IMG/VR virus record: IMGVR_UViG_3300006925_002811 | Strand: one strand, 5' to 3' | DNA: 64,000 bases | From: an uncultured virus (IMG/VR IMGVR_UViG_3300006925_002811) | Taxonomy: Duplodnaviria > Heunggongvirae > Uroviricota > Caudoviricetes | The notes under the pieces: model-generated | Told to the model about the DNA's origin: nothing | Seen by the model: only the letters and a program-made list of their open reading frames with translations | Databases searched by the model: none | Shown here: in pieces, positions 28,082-38,079 of the stretch | Layout: every line of letters starts with the position of its first letter | How positions within the stretch are numbered: the first letter of the stretch is position 1 | Made by a program: the position numbers and the translations under genes

Positions 28082-29509
28082 CAGTTGTTCCTTTTTTAGT
28101 ACAATGTAACTCTGGATATGTTCTTCCGGAGTTGCATTACCTAAAGCATCTTCACAAATCTTTTCCCAAGGATCTATAGGCACAGAATATGTTTTTTTAG
28201 AAAACATTTGCTTTGCTATTCTCTGAGCAGAGTCAAAGTTACAATGTTCGTGTTGGTAATTGTATAATGCATTCACACCATCTGTAGTTTCACGTTCCTC
28301 TAATACTGTGATACCATACTTCTCAGGATTTTTTACAAAGTCTGAATTATGGTTTGCTCTGCCATGCATTTTTTCTAATAGCAATGGTTGTATTTGTAAA
28401 TCTGCTAAGTTGTTCTTTCGTATGTAATCAACAGACTCCCACATGTGTTCTATTGGTTCGTGAGGTAAGCCTACTATTTGTGTTGCAAACTTATGCCAAT
28501 GAGGGTATGTTTCTTTTATGTAATGCATGTTGCTAAAACTTTTATCTCTGTTCATTGTTTTCTTAATGCCTTTACTTGCCTCTGGGTGAAATGACTCAGT
28601 ACCCCAAAAGTGATAATGTACACCACATTCATCCAACCAATCCATCTGTTTCTTCTTGCCAATCATTACATCAAACCTAATGAATGCTGATATTTTTGGT
28701 TGATAGTTTAATTGTTTAATAGCATCTAGTAAGTATAGTATTTTTGTATCGTCCTCATTGAGAGTATCGTCTACACAATTAAAGTGTGTGATTCCATATT
28801 TTTCATTTGCTACTTTAAAAAATTCTAGTAATGCATCAGTTCCAGCATCATTAGTATTTTTAACATTGCGGAATTCAAATGCACAAAAACTACAATTAAA
28901 CTTACAGCCTAGTCTAGTTTCAAACCCAACTACATCACTAGGTTGTAAACAGTAGTCATCAAACAGTTTACTAACTATAGGCATCTCAACAAGTTCAGAA
29001 TCGCTTTTTGGTCTATAAACTGGAACGTTGCCGTACTCATAAGATAAGCATTCACTACTGATAGGCAAGCCGTCCATCCAGTGTTCGAACAAGTGTATTG
29101 ACCTGCCCATAAACATTAAATCTGGCTTTACATCATCGAATCTAAACCTGTTATTAGGACCTCCAATAATAACTGTTATGTCGTATTTTAACCGTAATTG
29201 CTTAATGATATAGTATGTTACAGTAGTATTCTTGAACATATTAGTGTTAAAAAGTGTGCTACAGAGCACGAGAGGGCGTTTAACAGCATGTTTATTACAC
29301 CATGCTACTATGTGTTCTACTATCTCATTAGGCTCCCAAAACTCAACCCAATTGATAACAGTACTGGGAACATCTCGTTTTAGTATCATTTCATGTAATG
29401 CAAACGGTGCCAGCGGACGCATCAGCATGTCTTTGCCTGCGTCATATCCTAATGCTTTATTTGTATTAGTTAACTCTAGAATTAGAGCACCATCAAAATG
29501 GTTAGCCAT
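28073..29509 (-). CDS. Radical SAM protein, B12-binding (class B)-like architecture
   Basis: GCKFNCSFC, N-terminal IIGGP Rossmannoid domain, DDT, GTES, IVGLP. Confidence 0.85.
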   Translation of the reverse strand: MANHFDGALILELTNTNKALGYDAGKDMLMRPLAPFALHEMILKRDVPSTVINWVEFWEPNEIVEHIVAWCNKHAVKRPLVLCSTLFNTNMFKNTTVTYYIIKQLRLKYDITVIIGGPNNRFRFDDVKPDLMFMGRSIHLFEHWMDGLPISSECLSYEYGNVPVYRPKSDSELVEMPIVSKLFDDYCLQPSDVVGFETRLGCKFNCSFCAFEFRNVKNTNDAGTDALLEFFKVANEKYGITHFNCVDDTLNEDDTKILYLLDAIKQLNYQPKISAFIRFDVMIGKKKQMDWLDECGVHYHFWGTESFHPEASKGIKKTMNRDKSFSNMHYIKETYPHWHKFATQIVGLPHEPIEHMWESVDYIRKNNLADLQIQPLLLEKMHGRANHNSDFVKNPEKYGITVLEERETTDGVNALYNYQHEHCNFDSAQRIAKQMFSKKTYSVPIDPWEKICEDALGNATPEEHIQSYIVLKKEQLLN

Positions 29510-29510
29510 T

Positions 29511-29843
29511 TTACCTAGTCTTGCGTATTTGGTAGTCGAATGGTTCTACTGTTTTTATTTCAAAAGGTTTACCAAATGCATCAACTCCTACGATCCATGT
29601 TGGTTTCTTTTTAGTTATTTTTTTAAGTAAGAATGTTTTCATTGTGCGTTTAATTGTTTTTGTACCTCTGTCACTAATTTCAGTCTCATTGTGAAACCAT
29701 ACTGTTAGTTCGTACTCGTTAACAAATAAAGCAATAAACCATTCCCACAGTCTTTTGTACCAAGGCAGACGTTTGATAGTAGTATGCTTTTGCTCTACTA
29801 CTTCTTGTTCTTTTGCCTGTTTTTTAGTTGGTACTTCTGCCAC
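29511..29843 (-). CDS. Hypothetical basic protein
   Basis: 110 aa, GGAG RBS, late motif at 29864-29871. Confidence 0.7.
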   Translation of the reverse strand: MAEVPTKKQAKEQEVVEQKHTTIKRLPWYKRLWEWFIALFVNEYELTVWFHNETEISDRGTKTIKRTMKTFLLKKITKKKPTWIVGVDAFGKPFEIKTVEPFDYQIRKTR

Positions 29844-29866
29844 TGTGTTCTCCTATGTAGTAGTAT

Positions 29867-31315
29867 TTATCTACCCTGTAGCCATTTGCTCTTGTTTTTG
29901 ATGTACCGTTTCACTATAAAATTGCGTTGTTGGTTAGCCAAGTTGTAATGATCGTTATACCAACGCCATTTTTCTCCAGGAATAAGTGTTTGCAATCCAA
30001 ATATTTCATGTGAAGTAAACTTGGATTCTAAGTTGTCACCTAAGTATATGTCTATTTTTGATGATAAGTCATCTGCACCGTCTGAGTCTGTCCAATCGTT
30101 TTGCCACACTTGTGAACTATACCCTAACTCTTCCCATTCCTTATCAGACCCTATAATCTCGTACCCAAACTTTTCAGGGTTTTTATCAAAGTCGCTCTCA
30201 ACGTCTGGATTTTCTAAGTTGCTGTATAGTCTCAAAGGATTACAGCCGCCGCTTGTTAGTAACTGCTCATCAACAATTTTTTCACAGTTCTTCCAAATGC
30301 TATCTTCTTTATCGCCAGTTAGTCCTATAATAAGATTACCGAATGTAAATGCTTCTGGGTATTCATTTTTTACCATTCGCAACGACTGTAGCATTCTTTC
30401 TGGTTTACCACCTTTACGAATTATTTTTGTTACTTCGGGTGTTAAACTTTCTATGCCAAAGAACATGCTGTTGATTCTTGCTTTTTGTATTAGTTCTATT
30501 TGATGTGGTTTTGCACCAAGTACGTCTGCTCTAGTAAAAGCCATGTAATTAGGTTTAAAGTCTAATTGATCATTAACTTTTGCTAACAGTTCTAACTTTG
30601 TGTCAACTTCGTTAATAGTATCATCTGCTAATACAAAATTAGTAATACCAAATTTATCGTGTGCAGACTTAATACTATTAAACAACTTCTCCTCATCTAT
30701 AAGTACAGGATTTTTATTGTTACGGAAATCGTATCCACAAAAACTACAATTAAACTTACAGCCTAATGCAATTTCAATAGTGTGTGTTTCACCTTCGTGC
30801 CAAAAGTCTTCTTCTTTTAGTATAGGTGCTACAGGTTTTTCTAGTATTTTGCCATGTGGGTTTTTATATGTTAGTGGATCTGTGGCAAACACATACTCAC
30901 TGATATCTTCTTTTTGTAACCACCTAGTAAATATATTTCCACTACGTCCTATGAACGCCATGTCTACCCAACTGCTTTCTCCAGTAGGAACACGATAGCC
31001 TCCAAGCATGACTTTGAGTTGTGGTACTTCTCTTTTTATTAGATGTACTAGTGTTTTAAATTCTTTTGTACTGCTACCGTCAATAGAGCCGCTTAGTCCT
31101 ATCCATGGTTCGTCGTCGTCTGCAAACCATTCTATAATGCTGTCTCTGATTAGTGCTGTGGACCAATTTCTCCAATAGTCAATGTTAGTTGCCTCAACAC
31201 CTAAGTTGTTTGCAACTTGTACAATATGCAGAGCACCGGAGGCTCTACTGTTGTTTTGTAACTGTCCTGCTCTTGTAGGCTTAGTTCCTAAGTCTGAGAG
31301 AAGTACAAATTTCAT
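29867..31315 (-). CDS. Radical SAM protein, B12-binding (class B)-like architecture
   Basis: GCKFNCSFC, MLGG, DDTIN, FFGIES, IIGLTG; paralogue of 28073..29509. Confidence 0.87.
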   Translation of the reverse strand: MKFVLLSDLGTKPTRAGQLQNNSRASGALHIVQVANNLGVEATNIDYWRNWSTALIRDSIIEWFADDDEPWIGLSGSIDGSSTKEFKTLVHLIKREVPQLKVMLGGYRVPTGESSWVDMAFIGRSGNIFTRWLQKEDISEYVFATDPLTYKNPHGKILEKPVAPILKEEDFWHEGETHTIEIALGCKFNCSFCGYDFRNNKNPVLIDEEKLFNSIKSAHDKFGITNFVLADDTINEVDTKLELLAKVNDQLDFKPNYMAFTRADVLGAKPHQIELIQKARINSMFFGIESLTPEVTKIIRKGGKPERMLQSLRMVKNEYPEAFTFGNLIIGLTGDKEDSIWKNCEKIVDEQLLTSGGCNPLRLYSNLENPDVESDFDKNPEKFGYEIIGSDKEWEELGYSSQVWQNDWTDSDGADDLSSKIDIYLGDNLESKFTSHEIFGLQTLIPGEKWRWYNDHYNLANQQRNFIVKRYIKNKSKWLQGR

Positions 31316-32238
31316 TATAATGCATTTAACTGCAATTCGATTAATGTTGCACTTAAATTAATTTCTGGGTCTGCACAAGACACACTCTTAACAATACCAT
31401 CTCTTATAATAACAATGGCTTGGTCTTGTTGCAGTTCGTTATTGCCCCACAAATCTAAGTTACGATACATAAATTTATATACTTCTTCATACTCTTCAGG
31501 TCTTGCTTGGCTTACAATAAGTTCTCTTGCTTTCTTGTATTCGCCTTGCTTGAACAATGTTACTACATCAAGCATCCAGTCACTAGTACCGCTATCGCCT
31601 ACCTGTGGTGCTTGTAACACACCCTCTACAACGTTTTGTTGAACAAGGTTAATACTTTTACGCAAGTCAGGATAACTTGCTTGTACATAAGTGTCTAATG
31701 TTTCTAAATCTATTTGTACGTTTTCTTCGATACATATAGTTGCCAGTCTTGCTGTAAACTCTTGTATGTCTAACTTCTCAATATGAAAGCCTTGACATCT
31801 GCTATGCAATGCAGGAATAATACGTTGTGGGTAGTTACATGTTAATATAAATCTACAACTGGTGTGATACATTTCCATAACGCCACGCAATGCCGCCTGG
31901 CCATTTGGAGTAATATAGTCAGCCTCATCTAGCAATACATATTTCAAATCACCGAAAGGCATAGTGCTACTAAAGTTTGTAATCTTATTACGAATAGTGT
32001 CAACATTGTTTTCGTTACTAGCATTTATTTCTAGTATGTCCATGTTGTCAACATCTAATTCTTTCAGTAAGACTTTTGCTAGAGTAGTCTTACCTGTTCC
32101 AGGGGCACCACTAAATAGCAAGTGCGGAAGTGCCCCCTCTTGTACCCAGCCACTTACCTGCTGGCGTTGACCTTCATCTCTAAAGACATAAGTGTCTATG
32201 CTTGAAGGTCGATATTTTTCTGTCCAAAGTTCTCTCAT
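31315..32238 (-). CDS. Sliding-clamp loader AAA+ subunit (gp44/RFC-like)
   Basis: WTEKYRP, GAPGTGKTT, LDEAD, SRC motif. Confidence 0.93.
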   Translation of the reverse strand: MRELWTEKYRPSSIDTYVFRDEGQRQQVSGWVQEGALPHLLFSGAPGTGKTTLAKVLLKELDVDNMDILEINASNENNVDTIRNKITNFSSTMPFGDLKYVLLDEADYITPNGQAALRGVMEMYHTSCRFILTCNYPQRIIPALHSRCQGFHIEKLDIQEFTARLATICIEENVQIDLETLDTYVQASYPDLRKSINLVQQNVVEGVLQAPQVGDSGTSDWMLDVVTLFKQGEYKKARELIVSQARPEEYEEVYKFMYRNLDLWGNNELQQDQAIVIIRDGIVKSVSCADPEINLSATLIELQLNAL

Positions 32239-32242
32239 TTAA

Positions 32243-32410
32243 TCACCAATTGTGTATATTTCCTGCTATAATAAAGAAGCATGTAATAAAGTTAACACCA
32301 ACAATAACTGTTCGTATCATTGCAATTTTATCTGCTTCTGCATCTGTTGTTCCTTCTTTTTCCCCTATGGCTTTAGCCCACAGTCTCCAAAACTTTCTTA
32401 AGGTCTCCAT
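32243..32410 (-). CDS. Small membrane protein (55 aa)
   Basis: Manual ORF METLRKFWRLWAKAIGEKEG...CFFIIAGNIHNW filling the gap in the operon. Confidence 0.75.
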   Translation of the reverse strand: METLRKFWRLWAKAIGEKEGTTDAEADKIAMIRTVIVGVNFITCFFIIAGNIHNW

Positions 32411-32934
32411 AGACTAAGTTCCCCTACTTCTATGTGTTGTGGCTGGTTAATTGCCCAAGCAATCATTCCAGCACATTCCTCCGGCGTTAGCATATCTATG
32501 TCATCAGCCAAATCTGATACCATATCTGTTTTTACATAGCCAGGATTGATATTTATAATGCGACATTTTTTCTTTGTTGTTAATTGGAATACCTCAGCCA
32601 TATCGCTCAATGCTCTTTTTTGCATACAATACTCATCGCTTCGTGTCATGCCAACTCTAAAGTATTTGGACCTACTTACAATATTAACTATAGTCTTACT
32701 TTTGTCATCTTGCCATTTGCTAAACACTTCTTTTAGCAATTTAGTTTGACTGTAGTCACTGTATGCATTGTTTACAAATACGTCAAAGCCTTTTACTGCT
32801 CTAACTATCATATTAGTTTGTTGTATGTCAAAGCCATTACTTCTACTGAATCCTTCTACTTCATGTTCTGTAGAGAGTTCGTCGAACAATGCTTTGCCAA
32901 TACCTTTACTGTGTCCTGTGATCGCAATTTTCAT
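32398..32934 (-). CDS. Short-chain dehydrogenase/reductase (SDR)
   Basis: ITGHSKGIG, FVNNA, YCMQK, PGYVKTDM. Confidence 0.88.
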   Translation of the reverse strand: MKIAITGHSKGIGKALFDELSTEHEVEGFSRSNGFDIQQTNMIVRAVKGFDVFVNNAYSDYSQTKLLKEVFSKWQDDKSKTIVNIVSRSKYFRVGMTRSDEYCMQKRALSDMAEVFQLTTKKKCRIININPGYVKTDMVSDLADDIDMLTPEECAGMIAWAINQPQHIEVGELSLWRP

Positions 32935-32939
32935 AATTA

Positions 32940-32968
32940 ATTATACTATTGTTTTGTCTTGTTGTCAA
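32940..32968 (-). promoter_or_regulatory. sigma70-type promoter
   Basis: TTGACA-N17-TATAAT. Confidence 0.8.
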
Positions 32969-32971
32969 GAC

Positions 32972-33622
32972 TTATTTGTAAGGAAGTGTTACGTTCTTTG
33001 GTAACAGATGCTGAAACTTTTCTGGTATTTGTCCTATTTGCCCACCACCAGGCTTCAAGCCAAAGAATGCTTGTACAGTACACCTTTCTATATCGTGTGT
33101 GACTTCTAAGACTCTGTGCAAGGCACCTACAGTCATATCATCATATACATCTATCATACCACAGTTATACTTAGGAGTGTATGATATCCCATTTTCTTGT
33201 TCAGTGTCTTCGTCTTTGTACCAAACGAACTGACCGCCCCATTCTTCTTTCCATTCTTTGTTTAGAAATAAAGTTAATGAAGCCCATACTGTATCGGTGT
33301 GTGGAGGCAAAGTGCCACCAGGTAAGAAGTTGTTTATCCTCATAGGAAAACCTAATCCTCTTAGCATTTTTTTATTTTTGTACAATGGTAATTCTTTGTT
33401 GCTGTATAGTTCGTCGAGTATACGCATTTGATGGTCTGGTGTTAAGTTAACAGTAGCAGGCACAACACCTCTTGCCTCACCGGCCACAAACCAATCAACT
33501 ATCGCTTGACCGTGTTGTTTTGCTGATAAGTTTAATGTGTTACCACAATAGTAATTGTGTAGTTCCTCTATTAATTCTTCGCTTAGTATGTTCTCATAGA
33601 AGGTAAAATGTTTATCAGCCAT
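32972..33622 (-). CDS. 2OG-Fe(II) oxygenase (prolyl-hydroxylase-like)
   Basis: PHTD, LFLNKEWKEEWGG, LHRV, RCTVQAF. Confidence 0.85.
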   Translation of the reverse strand: MADKHFTFYENILSEELIEELHNYYCGNTLNLSAKQHGQAIVDWFVAGEARGVVPATVNLTPDHQMRILDELYSNKELPLYKNKKMLRGLGFPMRINNFLPGGTLPPHTDTVWASLTLFLNKEWKEEWGGQFVWYKDEDTEQENGISYTPKYNCGMIDVYDDMTVGALHRVLEVTHDIERCTVQAFFGLKPGGGQIGQIPEKFQHLLPKNVTLPYK

Positions 33623-34361
33623 CTTGCTCTAACCGTTGTATAATTTCAGCATTATCACGATTCCATTCTTCACGAGTACCAACTAGTTGTCCAAGTTCAG
33701 GAAGTTGTAGTGCTCCTGTTGTTATTGCCTTTAGTGTCTGATTTTGATTTGTGTCTGTATAAGACTCTGTGTGTTTAAAGTTTCTAAATTGAGTGTTTGA
33801 GTTGCCAGACATAGTACCAAAGTCTTCTTGTGCAGGACCAAAGAACATTTGTACTGCATATCTACTAGTGTTGCTCTCATTATATTCAACTTTGTGGTAT
33901 GCATTATACTCTGGTGCTTTGGAATCGTCAGTTGTTAAGAAGTATGTACCTGAATTACAATGTATATCATATGAATTCTTGTGTGCTTCTAAGTTATGTA
34001 AATCCTGCGTTGTATAGTATATAAATTTTGGTGCTGGATTATTTTCATTCCAGTCTTCATCAGGATTAATATATATTGTTAAAACGCCATAACATCTTTC
34101 TCTATGCAACGGCAACCAACTACCAGGAACAAACCTTTGTAAGTACATGTGATGATGTCTCATCATTTTATTATTATGGTATGTGGGTAAGTTTTCGTTG
34201 TTATACAGTTCTTCTACTATTTGTTCATGATGATTTTCATTAAAGTAACAAAAGAACCTGCCAAAGTCTCTGTGAGTCCATCGAACTTGGTCATTCATGT
34301 ATGTGTCTTGCAGAGTCTTTAGTAATTCTGCACTTAAAAAATTATGATATTGTTCGAACAT
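33615..34361 (-). CDS. 2OG-Fe(II) oxygenase (HxE variant)
   Basis: LHRE, YHKV, RYAVQMF; paralogue of adjacent gene. Confidence 0.75.
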   Translation of the reverse strand: MFEQYHNFLSAELLKTLQDTYMNDQVRWTHRDFGRFFCYFNENHHEQIVEELYNNENLPTYHNNKMMRHHHMYLQRFVPGSWLPLHRERCYGVLTIYINPDEDWNENNPAPKFIYYTTQDLHNLEAHKNSYDIHCNSGTYFLTTDDSKAPEYNAYHKVEYNESNTSRYAVQMFFGPAQEDFGTMSGNSNTQFRNFKHTESYTDTNQNQTLKAITTGALQLPELGQLVGTREEWNRDNAEIIQRLEQDG

Positions 34362-34389
34362 TGCGTCTCCCTATATCCTTATTTATGTG

Positions 34390-35202
34390 TTATCGACGTT
34401 TGCTATTACTTTTTACTGCTGATTCTAATATGGTCAAAGGCGACTTACCGTTGGCTGTTTGCTTTGCATAATATAGTAATGCATTAGTGTCCTTAGGAAA
34501 ACATGAACCACCAAATCCAAACTGTCCGTCGGGTCCTGGTACTTGCATATGACTTTTGCCTATACGTTCATCGTTCCTAAGCATCTCCGTAAATTGTTCC
34601 CATGAACTGTTTGAGCCGCTTTGTTCGAATAGCTCGTGTAGTTCATTAAAGAATGCTACTTTGGTTGCTAACCAACTATTAATTGTGTATTTTAAGAAAC
34701 TTGCTGTAATGAGATCTGTTTTAAATGTAGGTACAACTTTTACAGAACTGTGTCTTACATAAGCCTTTTCAACAACTTCACATTCTTTCCATTTGCCACC
34801 TAGTATTTGCATATCAGGATTTATAAAATCATAATCTGCATTTGTTTCTCTGAGGAATTCTGGATTGTAAACTATTTTTAATTGGAAGTCTTTTTTAAAC
34901 TTGGTTAAGTAATATGGTGTAATAGTGCTTTTAAGTACTACAATACCTTTGTATTCTAGTGCTTCTAGTTGTGCTAACATATCTCTTACTATGTATATAT
35001 CAACGTCTTGGTGGGTTTCTTGTTGTGGAGTAGGTAAGCACACAAAAGTGATACTTGGTCCTGCTTCAACAAGTTCCTGTAGTGAGACGCTATTTTCAAC
35101 TTTAGGGTCCACTATAAATTTTTCAACATCCTTGTCAAAGCCTTTGTTCACTGATCCGCCTACAAAGCCGCAACCAATGATACCAAGTTTGAGGGTGCTC
35201 AT
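34390..35202 (-). CDS. UDP-glucose/GDP-mannose dehydrogenase-like (short form)
   Basis: GCGFVG, CLPTP, KST, NPEFLRE, FGGSCFPKD; lacks the C-terminal domain. Confidence 0.88.
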   Translation of the reverse strand: MSTLKLGIIGCGFVGGSVNKGFDKDVEKFIVDPKVENSVSLQELVEAGPSITFVCLPTPQQETHQDVDIYIVRDMLAQLEALEYKGIVVLKSTITPYYLTKFKKDFQLKIVYNPEFLRETNADYDFINPDMQILGGKWKECEVVEKAYVRHSSVKVVPTFKTDLITASFLKYTINSWLATKVAFFNELHELFEQSGSNSSWEQFTEMLRNDERIGKSHMQVPGPDGQFGFGGSCFPKDTNALLYYAKQTANGKSPLTILESAVKSNSKRR

Positions 35203-35420
35203 TAGACCAAACTTGCTATTAACTTAACAGCATCAATGATTTTACCAACCATTACTGCATCTGCTTCAGTTCCTATCCTAGCACTAATTTTAGCAGAGTC
35301 TGTAATATCTTCAACTAACTCGCTGTATTCGTCTTCGGACAAATCGCCTGCTTCTACTAATGTTTTAAGTTCTAGTACTTGTGACTTTAAATCTTCTTCT
35401 AATTGTGTGTAATCGCTCAT
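35202..35420 (-). CDS. Small hypothetical protein
   Basis: 72 aa, translationally coupled. Confidence 0.7.
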   Translation of the reverse strand: MSDYTQLEEDLKSQVLELKTLVEAGDLSEDEYSELVEDITDSAKISARIGTEADAVMVGKIIDAVKLIASLV

Positions 35421-35797
35421 TATTTTTTCCTGTCTCCAAATGTATCCATTGCTTCATCTACTAACTTTGAAATGTTTGCTCTTTTAATTCTACAGTATGC
35501 TGGTGAAGGATTTTCTCTTTCACTTATTTCTACTGTTAAGGCATGTATTCCTGCGTATATTTCTGCTATGTTTTCTTTAAGTGTACCTTCGCTGTACTTC
35601 ATAAGTACGGCACTATAAAATCTCATGCTTGTCATTTCCATGCCATTGCATGTTTCACTTAAATCTGCTACCACAGATAGTTCTGCAAGTTTCATATACT
35701 CGTTACCATCAAAATCTTCTGGTACATAATCTTTAAAGTTTGCACAACCACTTATCATGATTGCTACAAATAAAAATCCTATAATTCTATCTTTCAT
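35420..35797 (-). CDS. Lipoprotein
   Basis: Lipobox ISGC after hydrophobic signal. Confidence 0.75.
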   Translation of the reverse strand: MKDRIIGFLFVAIMISGCANFKDYVPEDFDGNEYMKLAELSVVADLSETCNGMEMTSMRFYSAVLMKYSEGTLKENIAEIYAGIHALTVEISERENPSPAYCRIKRANISKLVDEAMDTFGDRKK

Positions 35798-35806
35798 GTT
35801 GCTCTC

Positions 35807-36070
35807 CTATGGAACGTAATTTATGGACTTGCCTTTACCTTCTAATACTGCTTGAACACGTTCCTGCCTTTTCTCTTCAAGCCATTCATCTTCGCCTGCG
35901 TAATCAGGTGCGTTCTCCATAATCTTTTCTAGTTCGAATAATACTTCGTAGCACTTCTTCTTACAACCCCAACCATTGAATCCATCTATACGTGGATCAA
36001 CCATAACATGATACCATTGTTGTAATTGTTCTTTTACAGTTTTAACTCCTGTCTTTTCAATGTATGGCAT
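35807..36070 (-). CDS. Conserved small phage protein
   Basis: Start re-placed to MPYIEK; DPRIDGFNGWGCKK. Confidence 0.7.
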   Translation of the reverse strand: MPYIEKTGVKTVKEQLQQWYHVMVDPRIDGFNGWGCKKKCYEVLFELEKIMENAPDYAGEDEWLEEKRQERVQAVLEGKGKSINYVP

Positions 36071-36252
36071 CAGTCTTCCTTGTTTTGTTGTATTTGTAAT
36101 CCTTGACCTAACAGTATAAAAATAAGTGCTGGTAGATACAACCATTGACTTGCACCTGTAAATAGTACTGCTCCTAGGAACATAAGACCTGCGAGGCCAA
36201 ATGTGTTGAACCATGGATTAGTTTTAGGTTTGCCTTCGGTTGGTAGTTTCAT
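36070..36252 (-). CDS. Small membrane protein
   Basis: 60 aa, two hydrophobic stretches. Confidence 0.7.
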   Translation of the reverse strand: MKLPTEGKPKTNPWFNTFGLAGLMFLGAVLFTGASQWLYLPALIFILLGQGLQIQQNKED

Positions 36253-36629
36253 GAGTCTAGTGGGTTTCTGTATACACCGTCAAATGCGGTGTCTTTGTTA
36301 AATTGAAATGTGTTATCTGGTGCTTCATCTGATACTGCTAAACAGCCTGCTGGATCTATTCTCCAAACATTGCCTTTACCACCTTCAATACGATCATCGT
36401 TAAGTTCTAATGCCTCAGTCCATCTGCCGTACTCTACATAAATCCATTGTCCTTCACTGACTAAGTATTGTGAATCCTCACCTACTTCTAGTACTTGAAA
36501 CCAACGAGGAGTAATACCCTCATTTTTTCCTGCTGTAGACTTTACAATAATACCGGACTCAGTTACGTGGTCTTCGAAGTCTCCGTTTATTGCTAGTATT
36601 GTATCTCTGATTGCTCTTAGTTTAACCAT
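36249..36629 (-). CDS. GroES-like co-chaperonin
   Basis: KLRAIRD...TESGII...VLEVG...VSEGQWI. Confidence 0.8.
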   Translation of the reverse strand: MVKLRAIRDTILAINGDFEDHVTESGIIVKSTAGKNEGITPRWFQVLEVGEDSQYLVSEGQWIYVEYGRWTEALELNDDRIEGGKGNVWRIDPAGCLAVSDEAPDNTFQFNKDTAFDGVYRNPLDS

Positions 36630-36951
36630 TTCTTACCTTGTTTAATAATATTTGTGTTTCTAACATTGCTTTTAATTCGCCACCTTCTGCACCTTCTAAA
36701 ATATCTAGTAATGCATCAAGTTTTTCAAGTTTTTCTTCTGTTAGTTTTACTTTGCCTAGTGTGAGACTTTCAATAGGAGTTTCATCAAAACCAGAAATTG
36801 TAGAATCTGTAGATATAGTAATGTTGTCTTGCCAATCAACAATGTTGTCAAGACTATACGATGTGTTAACTATTGATGAATCACAATCAAGTGTAATAGT
36901 AGTGGGACTGATAGTAGTAGTTGTAGTACTAGTTTTTGCCATCCTTTTCAT
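36622..36951 (-). CDS. Hypothetical protein
   Basis: Thr/Ser-rich ORF in operon. Confidence 0.65.
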   Translation of the reverse strand: MKRMAKTSTTTTTISPTTITLDCDSSIVNTSYSLDNIVDWQDNITISTDSTISGFDETPIESLTLGKVKLTEEKLEKLDALLDILEGAEGGELKAMLETQILLNKVRNG

Positions 36952-37474
36952 CCTCTGTGTAGTATGGTACCATTTCTATGTCGCCGTTTGGCTGTTCAAC
37001 TTCTCTCCAACCTAATGGTTGATTGTCGTCCTCAACATCTGCTGTTCCTAATTTTTGCTTTCCGATATCAACATGTTCAGGCTCGTCAAATTCTTCAGGC
37101 TCGGTTACTGCTTCAATTTTATCTTCCAACACTTCTTCTACAGTATCTAATACTGAAGGTTCTTTTGGTGCAGTTCTTTTATTTTCTTTTGCCGTTTTTG
37201 CTGTTTTAGGTTCTAATGGATTTGCCGCATCTGGTTCTGCTTTTACTCCAGGCATGTCGCCTTTTAAACTTACTTGAGATGTACTACTCGAAGGATTTTC
37301 TTGGTAATATGCTCTAACACGATCTTCGTTGGCTTGAACTATCTCGCCGCCTTTGCCCACAACATCACCGCCGGCATTAACTTTCATGTTACCGACTGCT
37401 GGGGACTCTTTGTTAGCCGCAATTAAGGCTTCCATATCAATTGACTGTCCCCTATTGCTTTTTCTTATCACCAT
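36929..37474 (-). CDS. Conserved jumbo-phage hypothetical protein
   Basis: RGQSIDM...AVGNMKVNAGGD..GKGG N-terminal motif, acidic tail. Confidence 0.72.
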   Translation of the reverse strand: MVIRKSNRGQSIDMEALIAANKESPAVGNMKVNAGGDVVGKGGEIVQANEDRVRAYYQENPSSSTSQVSLKGDMPGVKAEPDAANPLEPKTAKTAKENKRTAPKEPSVLDTVEEVLEDKIEAVTEPEEFDEPEHVDIGKQKLGTADVEDDNQPLGWREVEQPNGDIEMVPYYTEDEKDGKN

Positions 37475-37481
37475 GTTTTCC

Positions 37482-37952
37482 TCATTTTAAAAATTCTTTT
37501 ATATCTAACTTATATTTAACCGAATCTACCTTATGAATACCCAGTAAATACAGTATATAACTAGCAACACTACTTCCTCTTCCAACACCCCAAACAAGGC
37601 TGTTTTTACGCATAGTGTCAATTATATATATCAACAACTGTAACACAGGAAATAACTTCCTGGCCTCAAATTCTGCTAATTCCATCTCTACTCTAGCGGT
37701 TATGATGTTTACATCTTGTCCTGATGTTGGTATTAGTCTACGAATATACTCAGCAACATCAATTTCTTTGTACTTTGCTGGTATGTTAAAGTCCTTGCTC
37801 CAGTTACCTTTGCTTACTAACTCTTCTAAATCAAGTTCATAAGCAGAGTCGTTATATTCTGCAACAACACTATCTTCGAATGGCACATTTACTAGAGATT
37901 TATTTCTATACAGTAATTCTATGCCTGTAGTTTCTGTGTTTTGTATATCCAT
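37482..37952 (-). CDS. Stand-alone DNA polymerase III alpha (DnaE) palm fragment
   Basis: RVEMEL...WGVGRGSSVASYILYLLGIHKVDSVKY..FLK matches the DnaE GRGS region. Confidence 0.85.
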   Translation of the reverse strand: MDIQNTETTGIELLYRNKSLVNVPFEDSVVAEYNDSAYELDLEELVSKGNWSKDFNIPAKYKEIDVAEYIRRLIPTSGQDVNIITARVEMELAEFEARKLFPVLQLLIYIIDTMRKNSLVWGVGRGSSVASYILYLLGIHKVDSVKYKLDIKEFLK

Positions 37953-37959
37953 AATCGTT

Positions 37960-37988
37960 ATTATATAATACTATATAACAAATGTCAA
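37960..37988 (-). promoter_or_regulatory. sigma70-type promoter
   Basis: TTGACA-N17-TATAAT. Confidence 0.8.
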
Positions 37989-37995
37989 CCTTTTT

Positions 37996-38079
37996 CTACC
38001 AAGTAACATACAATAGAAATGCTATTGCTATTCCCATGATTGTCCAAAACTCTATATCTCGCCTTGTTATTTTTTTCAT
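37996..38079 (-). CDS. 27-aa single-TM microprotein
   Basis: Manual ORF MKKITRRDIEFWTIMGIAIAFLLYVTW with ATGA overlap. Confidence 0.55.
   Translation of the reverse strand: MKKITRRDIEFWTIMGIAIAFLLYVTW

Noticed and set aside
28073..31315. Radical SAM pair as SPASM-type sactipeptide/ranthipeptide maturases
   Set aside because: No C-terminal Cys-rich SPASM/twitch domain or adjacent precursor; architecture is B12-class-like and the Cys peptide is 10 kb away
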